Part shown: piece after piece, positions 9,081 through 21,735 of the stretch | Position numbering within the stretch: the stretch's first letter is position 1 | Layout of the letters: each line of letters opens with the position of its first letter | DNA from: Nemertoderma westbladi | Lineage: Eukaryota > Animalia > Xenacoelomorpha | Length of the DNA: 41,737 bases | Reading direction: 5' to 3' | NCBI GenBank assembly: GCA_032718475.1 | Contig: JAUCBJ010001101.1 | Coordinates: forward strand, 1-41,737 | Program-made: the position numbers and the translations under genes | The notes under the pieces: generated by a model | The model's input: only the letters and a program-made list of their open reading frames with translations | The model's database searches: none | What the model was told of the DNA's origin: nothing

Positions 9081-11179
9081 AGTGTTAGTCAATTTAACGG
9101 CTGCTTGTCAGTTCTGTCACTGGCCCTGTGTTACCGAATAGTGACTCTACAGTAGTTAGTTGTTTTAAGGGCAACCACTATTTAATCCAGCTGTTGGTTG
9201 GTGGTTGGCGTGTAAGGTACCCTGTTTAAAACCAATCAGGAAATAGTGATGATTCTAGCTTTTTTAAGGGCTCCTATATTATTATTAATTGATAAGAAGC
9301 GGGGTATATAACATTACAGTATACATAATCCAAATTCAAATAATACAACAATTATTGTCCAAGAAAATATCAGAATATCACCTGAGAAAAACCTCATTTC
9401 AAAACAGATTATCATGTATATACTGTAAACCTAGGAAAAACTGTCCAACATAACTGTCCAAAATAACATCTAACCAAAGTAAAATTGTAAAACCTACGAT
9501 AAATATTAACCGATAATACTTTCCAACGTTCGTATCGCAATCCAACTTTCGTAATCCGAAATATAAATCAAAAGTACGAAGCACTTCCTTCACCATCAAT
9601 AACGACTAAAAGCAGTTCATTGACTAGTAATATAGTGCTGTGAGAAAAGTTATGGTTCTGCTAATTTTAAAATATCGAATGCCGCTTCTGCTACTGCGCT
9701 CTGTTGCGAAGAAGACAGAAACTGAGTAAGAAAGGAAAAGTTTAGCATGGCGAACTTTGGCGATTGACGAACACTAGTAATTAACTCACACGAGGCTATT
9801 ACGTGATCTTCTGTAAACTCGATAAAGACAGACAGAAATCAATTTTATTTTAAAATATAAAAGACAGACAGACAAACAGACGGGTCTTTATTATTGCCAT
9901 TAAAACCACCTAATTCAATCGCCTTCTTATTGGTTGAAAATTCAAATATTTCAATCGTCCAATCAGAGACTGCTTGAAATTAGGATGTTCTAACGCCTCC
10001 TACCGGTCGGTAGCTGCTGAGCAAACTAATCAGCTGAGGTGTATTTTCTAATGTGGTGAATCATGGCCTACTAAACTGTACTACGTGTAGTAGGCAATGT
10101 GGTGAATCGATTAATAGTACATAGTACTGCTGTACTGCAGTAGGCCTAATTACTGAATTATAAGCATCTAAGGTGTATATAACTCTAAATTCTAGAATTT
10201 AAGGATTTGAACTCAAATACTGGGCCTCTTTAGCATAAACACTGCCGCTACTCCAGTACAGCAGTAGGCCTACTCCGTGTACCGGGATGCCGTGTACTGC
10301 AGTTCTGCAGTAGGCCTACTGCATGCACTGATCAGCTGGTCAGCTCGTACCTGCGTACTGCTGTACCGGTGCACGTACAGCAGTACACTGGCTGACTGGT
10401 ACAGGCCCTATTGAAAAGTTTTACATGTACGCCGAACACGTTCGGCGCAGCACTAGAACTTGCGCTGGGAGCTGGCGCAGAAATGTGCTACGCCGGGCAA
10501 TGAGCCGGAAGGGTCGGCGCAGAGATGTGCTACGCCGGCGTAGCCGGCAGAGAACTGATAATGATAGAGATGCTGCGCTCGGCGCAGCAGGCGTCGAAAT
10601 ATTCCCGGCGTCGTCACTGCAGAAATTGACCCGGCGCCGGAGCAGGAATCAGCCCAGCACACCCGGTGTACATAGGCCTATTTGCCTGGCGCAGAAATCA
10701 TCCGAACCTAGCACCAGGCAGACAGTGTGACTGAGACAGCACGACAGCAGATATGCGTTCATCAGACCAACACTGCAACAGCACAGCAACACAATAACAA
10801 CTGGCCATGGCTGCATGCAGGAGGCAGAATGGGAATTCACGCTAGCTGATTGAAACTGGTCATTTATTTACGTATTTAACCTTATGCTGTTATGAAGTAG
10901 GCATGTAGGCTATCACAGTTCCAGCTATCAGCTGATCAATCAGTTTATTTATTTACATATTGCTGTATTGTACTGTATAAGATATATTTATAATATATTA
11001 TATTATTTGGATGGAGACACCGCTGTCATAGAAGCGTATAAATAAAACTGCACATAATAAAACAGGATAAAGTTGAACAGTGAATAAAACAAAAACGACT
11101 TATACACTATTGGCAATTATACACTACCGGCAATGGCACTATTGATAATGAAACAATTTATTACTGACACATAGGCCTT

Positions 11180-12065
11180 ACAGGCTGATCTAGACGCTAG
11201 TGGAATGTTGTAACCATTGGAAATTGCAGTTTAATGACTCTAAGTGCAAGGTCATTCCCCAAGCAACTTTTTACACAAATGAATGGACAGACACTTTTAT
11301 CGGCAACCGAGGAACGCCATTTTGGAATTACATTTACACCAGACTTGTCCTTCACAGCTCACTGCACAAAGACTGCTGCCCGTGCCATGCGAGTCGTCCA
11401 TATAATACGAATAACTTTTACATATTTGGAAGCTCCGATGTTTACCCTCTGACCCTGTTATACAAATCCCTTGTTCGGCCTCTCCTTGAATACGACACAG
11501 TTGTTTGGTCGCCATACCTCCAACATGACACAGTATATGGATCGTCTTAAAGAAGTACAACAGCGTGTCACTCGCCTTGTCCTATCTCTGGCTGAGTTGT
11601 CATATGAAAACCGACTACTTGCACTCAAACTACCAACATTAATATATAGTAACAATGTGTTGGCAAGCTGTATTTTTCGAGGTGTTTGTTATTATACATT
11701 TATTATAGGAAGGGATTATAGGAAGGGAAGGGAACATTAATATATCGCCGTGTACTAGCCGACCTTATAACAACATACAAGTTTATCAACAGATCAACGG
11801 GATTGACAAAATTGAGCGAAGTAATTCTTTCAGTTTCGTTCCGAACTCCTCCAATACTCACAACGATGCTTTCCCTTGGTGCTGTACAAAGGATCGAACT
11901 GTAGGACTCAAAGGAGATGCAACAACTTTACAGACAGCGTTGTAAACATTTGGAATCCTTTACCATTACCGGAAAGTGTTGTTAATGCACGTAATACCCT
12001 TGGTACTCCATGGTTGAACACATTCAAAAATAGACTAGACTGCGAAATGTCCCTTAAAATGAATA
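11180..12065 (+). pseudogene. Decayed CR1/L2-group LINE, 3' part of the RT ORF (5'-truncated, frameshifted)
   Basis: Motifs across shifting frames: WKLQFNDSKCKVI, FGITFTPDLSFTAHC, LYKSLVRPLLEYDTVVWSPY, VQQRVTRLV, LSYENRLLALKLPTL, YRRVLADLITTYK, FTDSVVNIWNPLP, LNTFKNRLD. Confidence 0.85.
11648..11732 (+). mobile_element. 85-bp insertion with a 13-bp target-site duplication inside the LINE; probable truncated retroposon tail
   Basis: aacattaatatat occurs at 11635-11647 and 11733-11745. The insert ends in ttataggaaggg/gaaggg repeats. Removing it restores ...LPTLIYRRVLADLITTYK. Confidence 0.75.
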
Positions 12066-13959
12066 GTGATACTCCTCTCCTGTGCGCCAAGTAGCAGTAG
12101 CGAAAGCGAAATCTTTCGGATACAACGATAGCTTTATTAAAATCTAGCTACAGTACCTATTATTTTCATTTTTTCAATCCCAAATTTTTTTGTGTTAAAT
12201 TTTATAAGTGTTTTTTTTTATGTTTAATTGTTATCCTCTTTTGAAGTTGCTTTACTTTGCACGTTTTATTTCAGCAGTAATATTTTACTTATGCGACATA
12301 CCTACGGCATACGCTACCAAATTTATGTTCCGTATAACTACTGTACGTATTTTTGTGCTGTATCCTATATATACAGTATTGTAAACGTGCCCCTTATTAA
12401 TATGTTTGCTTTTAGTACTGTATGTTGTTGAAGCCCTTGAACCTACTGTAAGTATGCTTTGCCGGTTTTTAATTTAATTTTACTGTAATTTCATTTTTTT
12501 AATAATTAATATGCACCAACTGTAAGTACCGGTACTGTAAATAAACTATAATTTTAATTATTTTACTAATTTCACCTGAATACCATTATCCGCATTTTTC
12601 TTACAATAGTACATACATACGCTTATTAGAGTACCGGTACTTTGCCAGATATGTGTTCATTTTATTTTAATCTACTGTACGTGTACGTACATATGTGCAA
12701 AAATTAATATTTTATTGTTATTCTGGCGATATTAATAAACATAACATAACATACAGCTAGTTATTATTCATTCAGACATACTGTAGCATAGAAGTATACC
12801 GGACCATAGTACGTAGTATGTAGTAAAGTAGAACGTAATTACATAAATACAAGGACTAGGCCTACTGAAGTAGTATTTAATATTCTTTCTATAATTAATA
12901 TTGTAACATTTGAGTATTTCAAAAAATGTACACTTTACTTGACAACAAAAATTTACATGCAGTGTTTCTTAAGTCAGTAAGTAGTTGTTTCGTAATGTTA
13001 CACTTTTGGAATAAAACAACAGACAAAGAAAAACAATTTGTCTTTAAGGTTTTCCGTCTCTGTATCCTTATTTTCATTTCACCCACCCACTACTTTCGTT
13101 CGTTTAAGTAACAACTTGGATTAGCACAATTTTCAAAAGTGCTACTTTACAAACAAATGCCAATACCATGAATACTTATTATTGTTATTAATGGCACGCT
13201 GTACCTGATGATTTAGTTTAACATGCAATAAATAATAACTATTAAAACCATATAGAGTGTAATATAATTAAAATATCCAAATCCTTCCCCATACTTTTAT
13301 TTTGGTATCTTATTATGACATTCTATGGAAATAAGTTTGTCGAATTTGAATACGATATCATGCAGTATTTAAATGAATACATCTCTCTTGTAGGTACCAT
13401 CAACTCAAGACAGGGGGAGGGGGGGGGGGGGTCATGGGGGATATGTTTCATTACATACATATTTCATTCATTACATACAGTATATTATATGCAGCTGCAG
13501 TATTATAGATAACAGAATAAACTACAGGTACTGTATTACAGTATTTACAGTAGAATCGTACTGTCAGTCGGGCACTTTGTCAATATTGATCATGTTGTCA
13601 ATATTGACATGTTCCATGTCAAAATTGACATGATGTCAATATTGACATGTTTTGATCATAAATTTTTTAAATATTGTGATTTGAAAAGTAGAAAATGTTT
13701 TTTTGTAAAGAGAATATCTATTTTAATTAAAATATTGTTGAATCCAACCAATGTATATTGTTGTTTGTAATAATTTTAATGATATGTTTTATTGCATGTC
13801 AATATTGACATCTAATGTCAATATTGACATGAACGCTGGGTTCTTATGTTCATTTCAACCCCACCAAATCTATTTAGAGGCCTTCAAGCAGTCAAGTAGC
13901 ATCACAAATACTGAAACGAGCTGTCAAAACGCTTTAGTTAGAGACATTCTTGCTGCATT

Positions 13960-14700
13960 TTAAATACTGTTAAAAGAGCTTTTGAAACTATTCAGGCCTT
14001 CGCGCAGCATGTTGAATACTAAAAAAGAGCTACTAAAACTGTTCAGAGTCCTTTGTGCAGCATGATAAATGCTGAAAAGTGCAGTTGAAATTGTTCAGAG
14101 GGTATCACGTATATATCATGAGAAAAACTGAAAAGAACTGATAAAACTGCCCAGGGGCCTTCGCACAGTTTGAAAAATACATAAAAGATCTCTCAAAGCT
14201 GCTCAGAGACCTTTGTGCAGCATGATAAACGCTGAAAAAAGATTTTGAAATGAAACTATTCAGAGCTTTGTGCAGCATGATAAATGCTCAAAAGAGCTGT
14301 TGAAACTGTTCAGAGGTCTTCGAGCAGCTTGAGAAAGACTGAAAATAAGTTTTGAAACTTTCAGGCCTTCGCACAGAATGTGAAATACTGAAAAGAGTTG
14401 ATATAACTGTTCACAGAGTTCTTCATGCAGCATGATAAATGCTGAAAATAACAGTTGAAATTGTTCAGATGGCTTCGTGCAACATGAGAAAAGCTGAAAA
14501 TTGCTGTTGAAAGTTATAAAACTGTTCAAAGTCCTTCATGCAGCATAAATGCTAAAAAATAACATTTGAAGTTGTTCAGAGGGCTTTGTGCAATATGAGA
14601 ATGCTGAAAATAGCTGTTGAATCTGTTCAGATGCCTTCGTGCAGCATGATAAATGCTGAAAAGGGCTGTTGAAACTGCTAAAAGGCCTTCATGCAGCATG
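13960..14700. repeat. Degenerate ~52-bp tandem repeat
   Basis: Recurring gcagcatgataaatgctgaaaagagctgttgaaactgttcagaggccttcgt-like units. Confidence 0.85.
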
Positions 14701-14707
14701 ATGTATG

Positions 14708-14890
14708 TGTCTGCACCACTGTCTGCACCACTGTCTGCACCAGGTGTCTGCACCACTGTCTGCACCAGTGTCCGCACCACTGTCTACACCACTGTCTGCA
14801 CCAGTGTCGGCACCACTGTCTGCACCAGGCTGCCAGGTGTCTGCATCACTGTCTGCTCTGCACCACTGTCTGCTCTGCACCAGTGTCTGC
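14708..14890. repeat. 12-bp minisatellite (tgtctgcaccac)
   Basis: Direct periodicity. Confidence 0.9.
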
Positions 14891-15102
14891 TTAACGTTTA
14901 CACCCCAAAATTAATTTGTACGACGATGGACAGATTGATTAGTCTTACTGTCTTCTGGTCTTAGCTCAATCAGTCAATGTAATACTTGGAATATTTAGCA
15001 AAGTTTGCTCCAGGCTTCTGCAGTATCAATTGCAGAAGCCGAACCGAACCGAAATTGCCAAACTTCGGCCCGAACCGAAGCCGAAGCTTCTGTTGAGCCC
15101 TA

Positions 15103-15286
15103 GTTATAGTATAGTCTACAGGGTGGCGTGGCCTACAGCCTAACCCCACACTTATGTTCTCATCATTACATGTCAATTTTGACATGTATGTCAAGTTATA
15201 GTATAGTCTACAGGGTGGCGTGGCCTACAGCCTAACCCCACACTTATGTTCTCATCATTACATGTCAATTTTGACATGTATGTCAG
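15103..15286. repeat. Perfect ~92-bp tandem duplication just upstream of PHF12
   Basis: gttatagtatagtctacagggtggcgtggcc...ttgacatgtatgtca occurs twice in tandem. Confidence 0.9.
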
Positions 15287-15393
15287 ACTGTAATAAAGTA
15301 GTTTTTGACTAGGCCTATATAGGCTGTTGGATATATATATATGTAAAAAGGGTCATTCAAGTCACCCTGTTTTACAGTTGGCCTACCGGTATA

Positions 15394-18300
15394 ATGGATG
15401 AGGTTGGAAACGATGTAATGAAGAGGATTCGTGAAATGACAGCACCGCCTATAGACCCACAGGCAAATGAAGTTCGTAATAGGAGACCCAGTCAGACTGT
15501 TGGAGCTAAAGTTATATACAAGAACTCCAAAGACAGAAAAGCTGTATGTAACGGCTGTAACGAGGGAGGGGAGTTATTGTGCTGCACACGGTGTCCGGTT
15601 GCGTACCATTTTGGTTGTTGTGACCCGCCAATCACGGAACAGGACGCCCCGTCTCTAGGGGAATGGCTTTGTAAGAAGTGCACCAGCTCTCTCCCACCCT
15701 CCGCTCGACGTCAGATGCCGGTATTTAAAGTGAAGCTGTTGGAGCCGTCGGTGGCGAAGAAACTGAAAAAAAGACCTGTTCCACCGCGGCACAGTAGGCC
15801 GACTAGGCCTATATCAAATAAAACGAAATCAAAGAGAGTTACAATGAAAGTTAAACCGACTAAAGACGATTCAAATTCTAAGAAAAAGACAACCCACAAT
15901 AAATCACCTTTGACAAATCGCGAAGGTTCTGTAAAAAAAGTTTCTAAGACATCCCCTATTTTGAATAAAAAATGTCTATCTTCCTCGGGGAAGTCCACCA
16001 GACCTCTAAGTGACAAAGGTAGCACGTCCAAGAAGGCTACATTGGTCAGCAAACATAACAAGCTGAATAAGTCCCTTTCCAGAGCGCATAGTGGTAAAAA
16101 ATCAACTAAGAGTATAAAATGTCCCTCAGTTCGCGCTTCCGTTCAGTTGAAGCGGGCTATAAAGGAGTCCGCAAAACGGCGCTCGGAGAAAAATCGCGCT
16201 ATTGTTAAAGAAAAAACTGAAAGGAAAACAAAGAAGGTAAAACCGCCCTCCACCATTCCTAATGTTTCTGTCAAGAAGTCGAATACCGGTAATACGGATT
16301 CCCTTATATCGAGTAACAGAAGTACCGGTACCGGTAGCTCTAAAACACCCAAAACTAAACGTACCGATATTGAATCGGGAGGAAAGTTTTTGAAAGAGTT
16401 GAAAGTAAATATTTTTAATGAGAAACCTGAAAATAAAAGTGATTCAGTTCCTGTCGCTATGGATTTAATATCCAATCACTCATCGTCGTCGAAGGGTCAG
16501 TCCAAGGTATCCCCTGCGTCGGTGGACAAGAATGTGATAGTCGGGGAGCGGTTGTCGATGAGGATGGCCCTGAAACAGTCGCTGAAGGAGACCAAGGAAG
16601 ATCACTGGAAGTCCGTTAGAACGAAAGTTAAAGATCCTCTATTCGGTAGGAAGATACCGCTGTTCGAGGCGGAGCCGTTGATAGATCCGCAGCTGTTAGC
16701 GAAACTCGTGTTGGAGAAACGGGCGGAAACAGGGGACCACATCGATGACGTCGAGATCGCGGATAAATTAGTTCCCAGAAGGAACAAGCGGTTGAGTTCG
16801 GATGTGGGCGCGGCCTCGTCGGATGTTCCTGCAAAACGTCGTGTTCAAAGCGAAAGCAACTTGTTCAAGGCCGATCTCGATTCCATTGTTAAAGACGTAG
16901 ATAGCGTTGTAGAGGCTGATGAAGTAAAGATGATCTCTATCAGGGAGCGTAAGTTTACTAAAGCTGCTAAGAAATCCTTTATGGGTTACCATGATAGTGA
17001 GTTAGATGCGGACAGGAAGTCGGACAGCGACGAGAGCGGGGCCACGCTGGTTCTGTCGCCGGACACGCATGTGTTGAAACCGGTGTCGGAACTGCGGCAG
17101 GAGACGCCGGTGGTTGAGTGGTTGGACGCCGAGGTTGAGGTGGATGGGTCGGTGACGGATGAGTTGGACGAGGATGTGGTGGACGAGGTTGAGGAGACCG
17201 TTGACGAGGTCATTGTGGAGGATACATCAGATCTGTTGGCGGGCGGCTGCTACTACCTACCCAGTCCACCGCCCGCGGCCTCGGAGACTACCGAAGTTGC
17301 GGAACCTTCTCCTTCCCGGATTCAGTCGACGATGGACGTTCTATTGAGAGCCGCGAGTCTGACCAACCCAACCGAGTACTCCCTGCCCGCTGGCGCGCTC
17401 TCATTGGTCAACCTTCCGTCCACGTCGATCGGCACTAAACAACCGGAGCCGCGCCGCACCATCGAACCAATCAACGGCGTCGTCCCTCAGCCGCCGCGGT
17501 TCTGCTTCGTCTGCAGCGCCACCTGCCGTCTCGCTGCGCTCATTGAGTGCGACTTCTGCCCGCTGGTCTACCACCTGGACTGCCTGACCCCCCCGCTGAC
17601 CGTGCCGCCGGTGGGCCAGTGGCTGTGCCCCGCCCATCCCGACCACGGGGTTCCTGAGGCCACCTCGATCCGCTACTCCGAGCGGCTCAAGGCCCATTCC
17701 AGTCTGCGGGAACCCGTCGACCAACACGCCGTCAAACTCAGTTTCATTAAGCAGGCGGCGCGCGCCGCGCAGCACTGGCCCCCTCACGGCGCCACCCAGT
17801 TCGTGGCGCGCCGGCGCACCTCGGTGCCCCCCGCAGTGGCGGCCATGTACGAGCGCCCCCTGCCCCCCACGACGGCCCCCTCGGGGGGGTCGGAGCCTTC
17901 CGCGTATCGCAACGCGCTACTCACGGACGACGAGACGTCCTGGTTGCGATCCGTTATACAGATACAGTCGGAGTTCGTCCGCTCGGAATCCCGGGAGGCG
18001 TTGCAGCGGGTCCTACCGGGTGCGAGTCGGGCCAGCGAGTGCGAGGAGACTCGAGATGATCCGGACGGCAAGAAGTACCCGACGAGGAAGAAAGTGATGA
18101 CGGCCAAGATGTTGGAGCATCGAGCGACGTTGAAACAACGATCCGCAGTGGCGCAGTCGCCGCCGAGGAAGGCGGTTAACGTAGTGGCGCCGTTGCCGCA
18201 GTCGGCAAGCCGCGCCACCCCGACCGACAGACAACGTCGGGTCACCCTGGACGAGGCCCGGAGGTTTCTCGAGGAACTCAACCTACAGATGGACACGACT

Positions 18301-18936
18301 CGTCTTCCCGATATTTATTCATTAGACCCGGGGATTCGGGATTTATTGGCGATGCAGCGACTGCGACAGATGTTCCCGTTAGCGGCGAGACCTGCCAGCG
18401 CCGAGGAACCACTCCAGCCACCAGATACCCCGCTCGGTAGGGCGGTACTCGTTCACACCGACGGCACTCGCTTCTCTATGACGTCATCCACGCTGGCTAT
18501 CGGGAACTCGGATGAGTCGGATGTTAACCTGTCCGGAATCTCCGGTTGCAACCGAGTCTCCCCGGAACACGCCGTTATTGTCTACGATAAACACTCCAAC
18601 TCATTCGAGTTGATCAACTACAGTGAGTTCGGTACCGTGGTAGACAGTGTCGCCTACGCGTGCGGTCTGCCGTCCCGTTGCGGTCCCGTCTTGGGTGACA
18701 CCACTAGCGGGGGCTACTGGAAACCAATAGTAAACCCGCAGGGCGTTGCTTGTGGTTGCGGAGACTCAGATATTCCAGGGATGGGTTGGGAGGGGCCCGC
18801 GAATCTACGCAACGGGAGTCGCATTCTTATTGGCTGCCACAGTCTGCAGTTCGTACCCTCCGTGGGTGGGAGCAGTGTGAGCGGTAGCCAATCACATACA
18901 GTTGTGTCAAACAATACGATTGGAAATAGTAATTGA
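15394..18936 (+). CDS. PHF12: PHD finger protein 12 (Pf1) homologue, Sin3/HDAC complex subunit, 1180 aa, single coding exon
   Basis: N-terminal MKRIREMTAPP; PHD1 CNGCNEGGELLCCTRCPVAYHFGCCDPP...GEWLCKKC; MRG-binding-like LLRAASLTNPTEYSLP; PHD2 CFVC...CDFCPLVYHLDCLTPP...WLCPAH; LLAMQRLRQMFP helix; C-terminal FHA-like domain (LAIGNS...CNRVSPEHAVIVYD...LINYSEFGTVVD...GWEGPANLRNGS). Confidence 0.92.
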   Translation: MDEVGNDVMKRIREMTAPPIDPQANEVRNRRPSQTVGAKVIYKNSKDRKAVCNGCNEGGELLCCTRCPVAYHFGCCDPPITEQDAPSLGEWLCKKCTSSLPPSARRQMPVFKVKLLEPSVAKKLKKRPVPPRHSRPTRPISNKTKSKRVTMKVKPTKDDSNSKKKTTHNKSPLTNREGSVKKVSKTSPILNKKCLSSSGKSTRPLSDKGSTSKKATLVSKHNKLNKSLSRAHSGKKSTKSIKCPSVRASVQLKRAIKESAKRRSEKNRAIVKEKTERKTKKVKPPSTIPNVSVKKSNTGNTDSLISSNRSTGTGSSKTPKTKRTDIESGGKFLKELKVNIFNEKPENKSDSVPVAMDLISNHSSSSKGQSKVSPASVDKNVIVGERLSMRMALKQSLKETKEDHWKSVRTKVKDPLFGRKIPLFEAEPLIDPQLLAKLVLEKRAETGDHIDDVEIADKLVPRRNKRLSSDVGAASSDVPAKRRVQSESNLFKADLDSIVKDVDSVVEADEVKMISIRERKFTKAAKKSFMGYHDSELDADRKSDSDESGATLVLSPDTHVLKPVSELRQETPVVEWLDAEVEVDGSVTDELDEDVVDEVEETVDEVIVEDTSDLLAGGCYYLPSPPPAASETTEVAEPSPSRIQSTMDVLLRAASLTNPTEYSLPAGALSLVNLPSTSIGTKQPEPRRTIEPINGVVPQPPRFCFVCSATCRLAALIECDFCPLVYHLDCLTPPLTVPPVGQWLCPAHPDHGVPEATSIRYSERLKAHSSLREPVDQHAVKLSFIKQAARAAQHWPPHGATQFVARRRTSVPPAVAAMYERPLPPTTAPSGGSEPSAYRNALLTDDETSWLRSVIQIQSEFVRSESREALQRVLPGASRASECEETRDDPDGKKYPTRKKVMTAKMLEHRATLKQRSAVAQSPPRKAVNVVAPLPQSASRATPTDRQRRVTLDEARRFLEELNLQMDTTRLPDIYSLDPGIRDLLAMQRLRQMFPLAARPASAEEPLQPPDTPLGRAVLVHTDGTRFSMTSSTLAIGNSDESDVNLSGISGCNRVSPEHAVIVYDKHSNSFELINYSEFGTVVDSVAYACGLPSRCGPVLGDTTSGGYWKPIVNPQGVACGCGDSDIPGMGWEGPANLRNGSRILIGCHSLQFVPSVGGSSVSGSQSHTVVSNNTIGNSN

Positions 18937-19548
18937 GGGTCTTATATGATAAACCATTTATTAGGTGAATTGTTATTTAATTGAACTTCTATGACGTTGA
19001 ATTGATTGCCTTCTGGAGGGTTCCTTCGCCTTGGCGTTTGCTCCGCCGAGTTTGGGAAAAAAAGTAAATAATAGGGCTGGTTGTCCGAAGTTGAACTTAA
19101 TAATCAATTGAAACAAACGAACATTATTAAGTCATATCTATTGTATTTCAATTAGTTATTACTTACTTATTTATCGGTTATATTGTTTACCTCCTTCTGT
19201 TATCGTTTTGTTGTTATTAGATTTAAATGCAATATTATTATCTATTGTTATTATTATTATACGAGTTAGGTTTGATTTTTTAGTGCGATGAAGCGACCTA
19301 CGCCAAGCTTATTATTATATAATACCAAAAGTACTTTTGTATTAAAGATTTAAGTATTTTAAGTGTTTTAATAAATTAATGTGTTTAGAATTTAGTTATA
19401 TTATTGTTTTTATTACATCAACGGCCATACAACTTCTGATGTCAAACCAACGGAGTAATTTGTACGTATTTTATTCTTAAAATAAAGTTTGGCAGCCTTC
19501 CAACTAACTGAGAGTAATCCTATGATTGGTTTATTCATTTCATTGGCT

Positions 19549-21431
19549 TGAAACATTCAGTTACGTTCTGTAACATTCTGTTACATTCAGTTGCGTTCTG
19601 TAATATTATGTTACATTCAGTTGCGTTATGTAACATTATGTTACATTCAGTTGCGTTCTGTAACATTATGTTACATTCTGTTGCGTTCTGTAACATTATG
19701 TTACATTCTGTTGCGTTCTGTAACATTATGTTACATTCAGTTGCGTTCTGTAACATTATGTTACATTCAGTTGCGTTCTGTATCATTATGTTACGTTCTG
19801 TAACATTATGTTACATTCTGTTGCGTTCTGAAACATTATGTTACATTCTGTTGCGTTCTGTAACATTCTGTTTCATTCAGTTGCGTTCTGTAACATTATG
19901 TTACATTCTGTTGCGTTCTGTAACATTATGTTACATTCAGTTACGTTCTGTAACATTCTGTTACATTCAGTTGCGTTCTGTAATATTATGTTACATTCAG
20001 TTGCGTTATGTAACATTATGTTACATTCAGTTGCGTTCTGTAACATTATGTTACATTCAGTTACGTTCTGTTACATTCTGTTGCGTTCTGAAACATTATG
20101 TTACATTCTGTTGCGTTCTGTAACATTCTGTTACATTCAGTTGCGTTCTGTAATATTATGTTACATTCAGTTGCGTTATGTAACATTATGTTACATTCAG
20201 TTGCGTTCTGTAACATTATGTTACATTCAGTTGCGTTCTGTAACATTATGTTACATTCAGTTGCGTTCTGTATCATTATGTTACGTTCTGTAACATTATG
20301 TTACATTCTGTTGCGTTCTGAAACATTGTTACATTCTGTTGCGTTCTGTAACATTCTGTTTCATTCAGTTGCGTTCTGTAACATTATGTTACATTCTGTT
20401 GCGTTCTGTAACATTATGTTACATTCTGTTGCGTTCTGTAACATTATGTTACATTATGTTGCGTTCTGTAACATTCTGTTACATTCAGTTGCGTTCTGTA
20501 ACATTATGTTACATTCAGTTGCGTTCTGTAACATTATGTTACATTCAGTTGCGTTCTGTAACATTATGTTACATTCAGTTGCGTTCTGTATCATTATGTT
20601 ACATTCTGTTGCGTTCTGTAACATTATGTTACATTCTGTTGCGTTCTGTAACATTCTGTTGCGTTCTGTAACATTATGTTACATTATGTTGCGTTCTGTA
20701 ACATTCTGTTACATTCAGTTGCGTTCTGTAACATTCTGTTACATTCAGTTGCGTTCTGTAACATTATGTTACATTCAGTTGCGTTCTGTGACATTATGTT
20801 ACATTCAGTTGCGTTCTGTATCATTATGTTACATTCTGTTGCGTTCTGTAACATTATGTTACATTCTGTTGCGTTCTGTAACATTATGTTACATTCTGTT
20901 GCGTTCTGTAACATTATGTTACATTCTGTTGCGTTCTGTAATATTCAGTTGCGTTCTGTAACATTCAGTTGCGTTCTGTAACATTATGTTACATTCTGTT
21001 GCGTTCTGTAACATTATGTTGCGTTCTGTAACATTCTGTTACATTCAGTTGCGTTCTGTAACATTATGTTACATTCAGTTGCGTTCTGTAACATTATGTT
21101 ACATTCAGTTGCGTTCTGTAACATTATGTTACATTCAGTTGCGTTCTGTAACATTATGTTACATTCTGTTGCGTTCTGTAACATTATGTTACATTCTGTT
21201 GCGTTCTGTAACATTCTGTTACATTCAGTTGCGTTCTGGAACATTATGTTACATTCAGTTGCGTTCTGGAACATTATGTTACATTCAGTTGCGTTCTGTA
21301 ACATTATGTTACATTCAGTTGCGTTCTGTAACATTATATTACATTCAGTTGCGTTCTGTAACATTATGTTACATTCAGTTGCGTTATGTAACATTATGTT
21401 ACATTCAGTTGCGTTCTGTAACATTCTGTTT
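19549..21431. repeat. 30-bp satellite of three related 10-bp subunits (ttacattcag-ttgcgttctg-taacattatg)
   Basis: Direct periodicity; subunits are occasionally dropped or duplicated. Confidence 0.97.
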
Positions 21432-21493
21432 TTTAGTGTTCCTATATTTTAACATAATATAAATTTATAAAACTTCAATAGTTCCTCTGTCTG

Positions 21494-21735
21494 CCGCTAG
21501 GGGGCGAATAGAAAGAAACTTAAAAGAAGCTCTAATTAGAGAACCAACCATCAGATTCATCTGAAATTTGGTAGTAGTAACCTACGAGCATTGCTTAATT
21601 AAAAATTATACACACAGACAGACTTTTATAGTTCTTCTGATTGCCGCTAGGGGGCGAATTGAAAGAAACTTAAAAGTAACTGTAATTATAGAACCAACAG
21701 ACCTGTACAATTCCTCTGTCTGCCGCTAGGGAGCG
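21494..21735 (+). promoter_or_regulatory. Three CTCF-consensus-like motifs (CCGCTAGGGGGCG x2, CCGCTAGGGAGCG)
   Basis: At 21494, 21644 and 21723; they resemble the CTCF core CC(A/G)(C/G)(C/T)AG(A/G)(G/T)GGC(G/A). Binding is not demonstrated. Confidence 0.4.

Larger units (their letters stand above)
13565..15290. mobile_element. Putative non-autonomous TIR element (CAGT termini, Tc1/mariner-like) with internal tandem repeats
   Basis: Left end CAGTCGGGCACTTTGTCAATATTGATCATG resembles the reverse complement of the right end, CAGTCTGACATACATGTCAAAATTGACATG. The palindromic TGTCAA(A/T)ATTGACA motif is repeated near both ends. TA flanks only the right end. Confidence 0.45.

Noticed and set aside
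10425-10730. GC-rich Arg-rich 101-aa ORF
   Set aside because: It is built from degenerate ggcgcagaaat..cgccgg repeats amid palindromic simple sequence, with no recognisable homology.
14526-14964. Short His/Cys-rich and GADS-repeat ORFs
   Set aside because: Translations of a 12-bp minisatellite.
19535-21462. Many ORFs (MLHSVAFCNI, MLQNATECNI repeats)
   Set aside because: Artefacts of a stop-poor 30-bp satellite; frames break at 10- and 20-bp indels.
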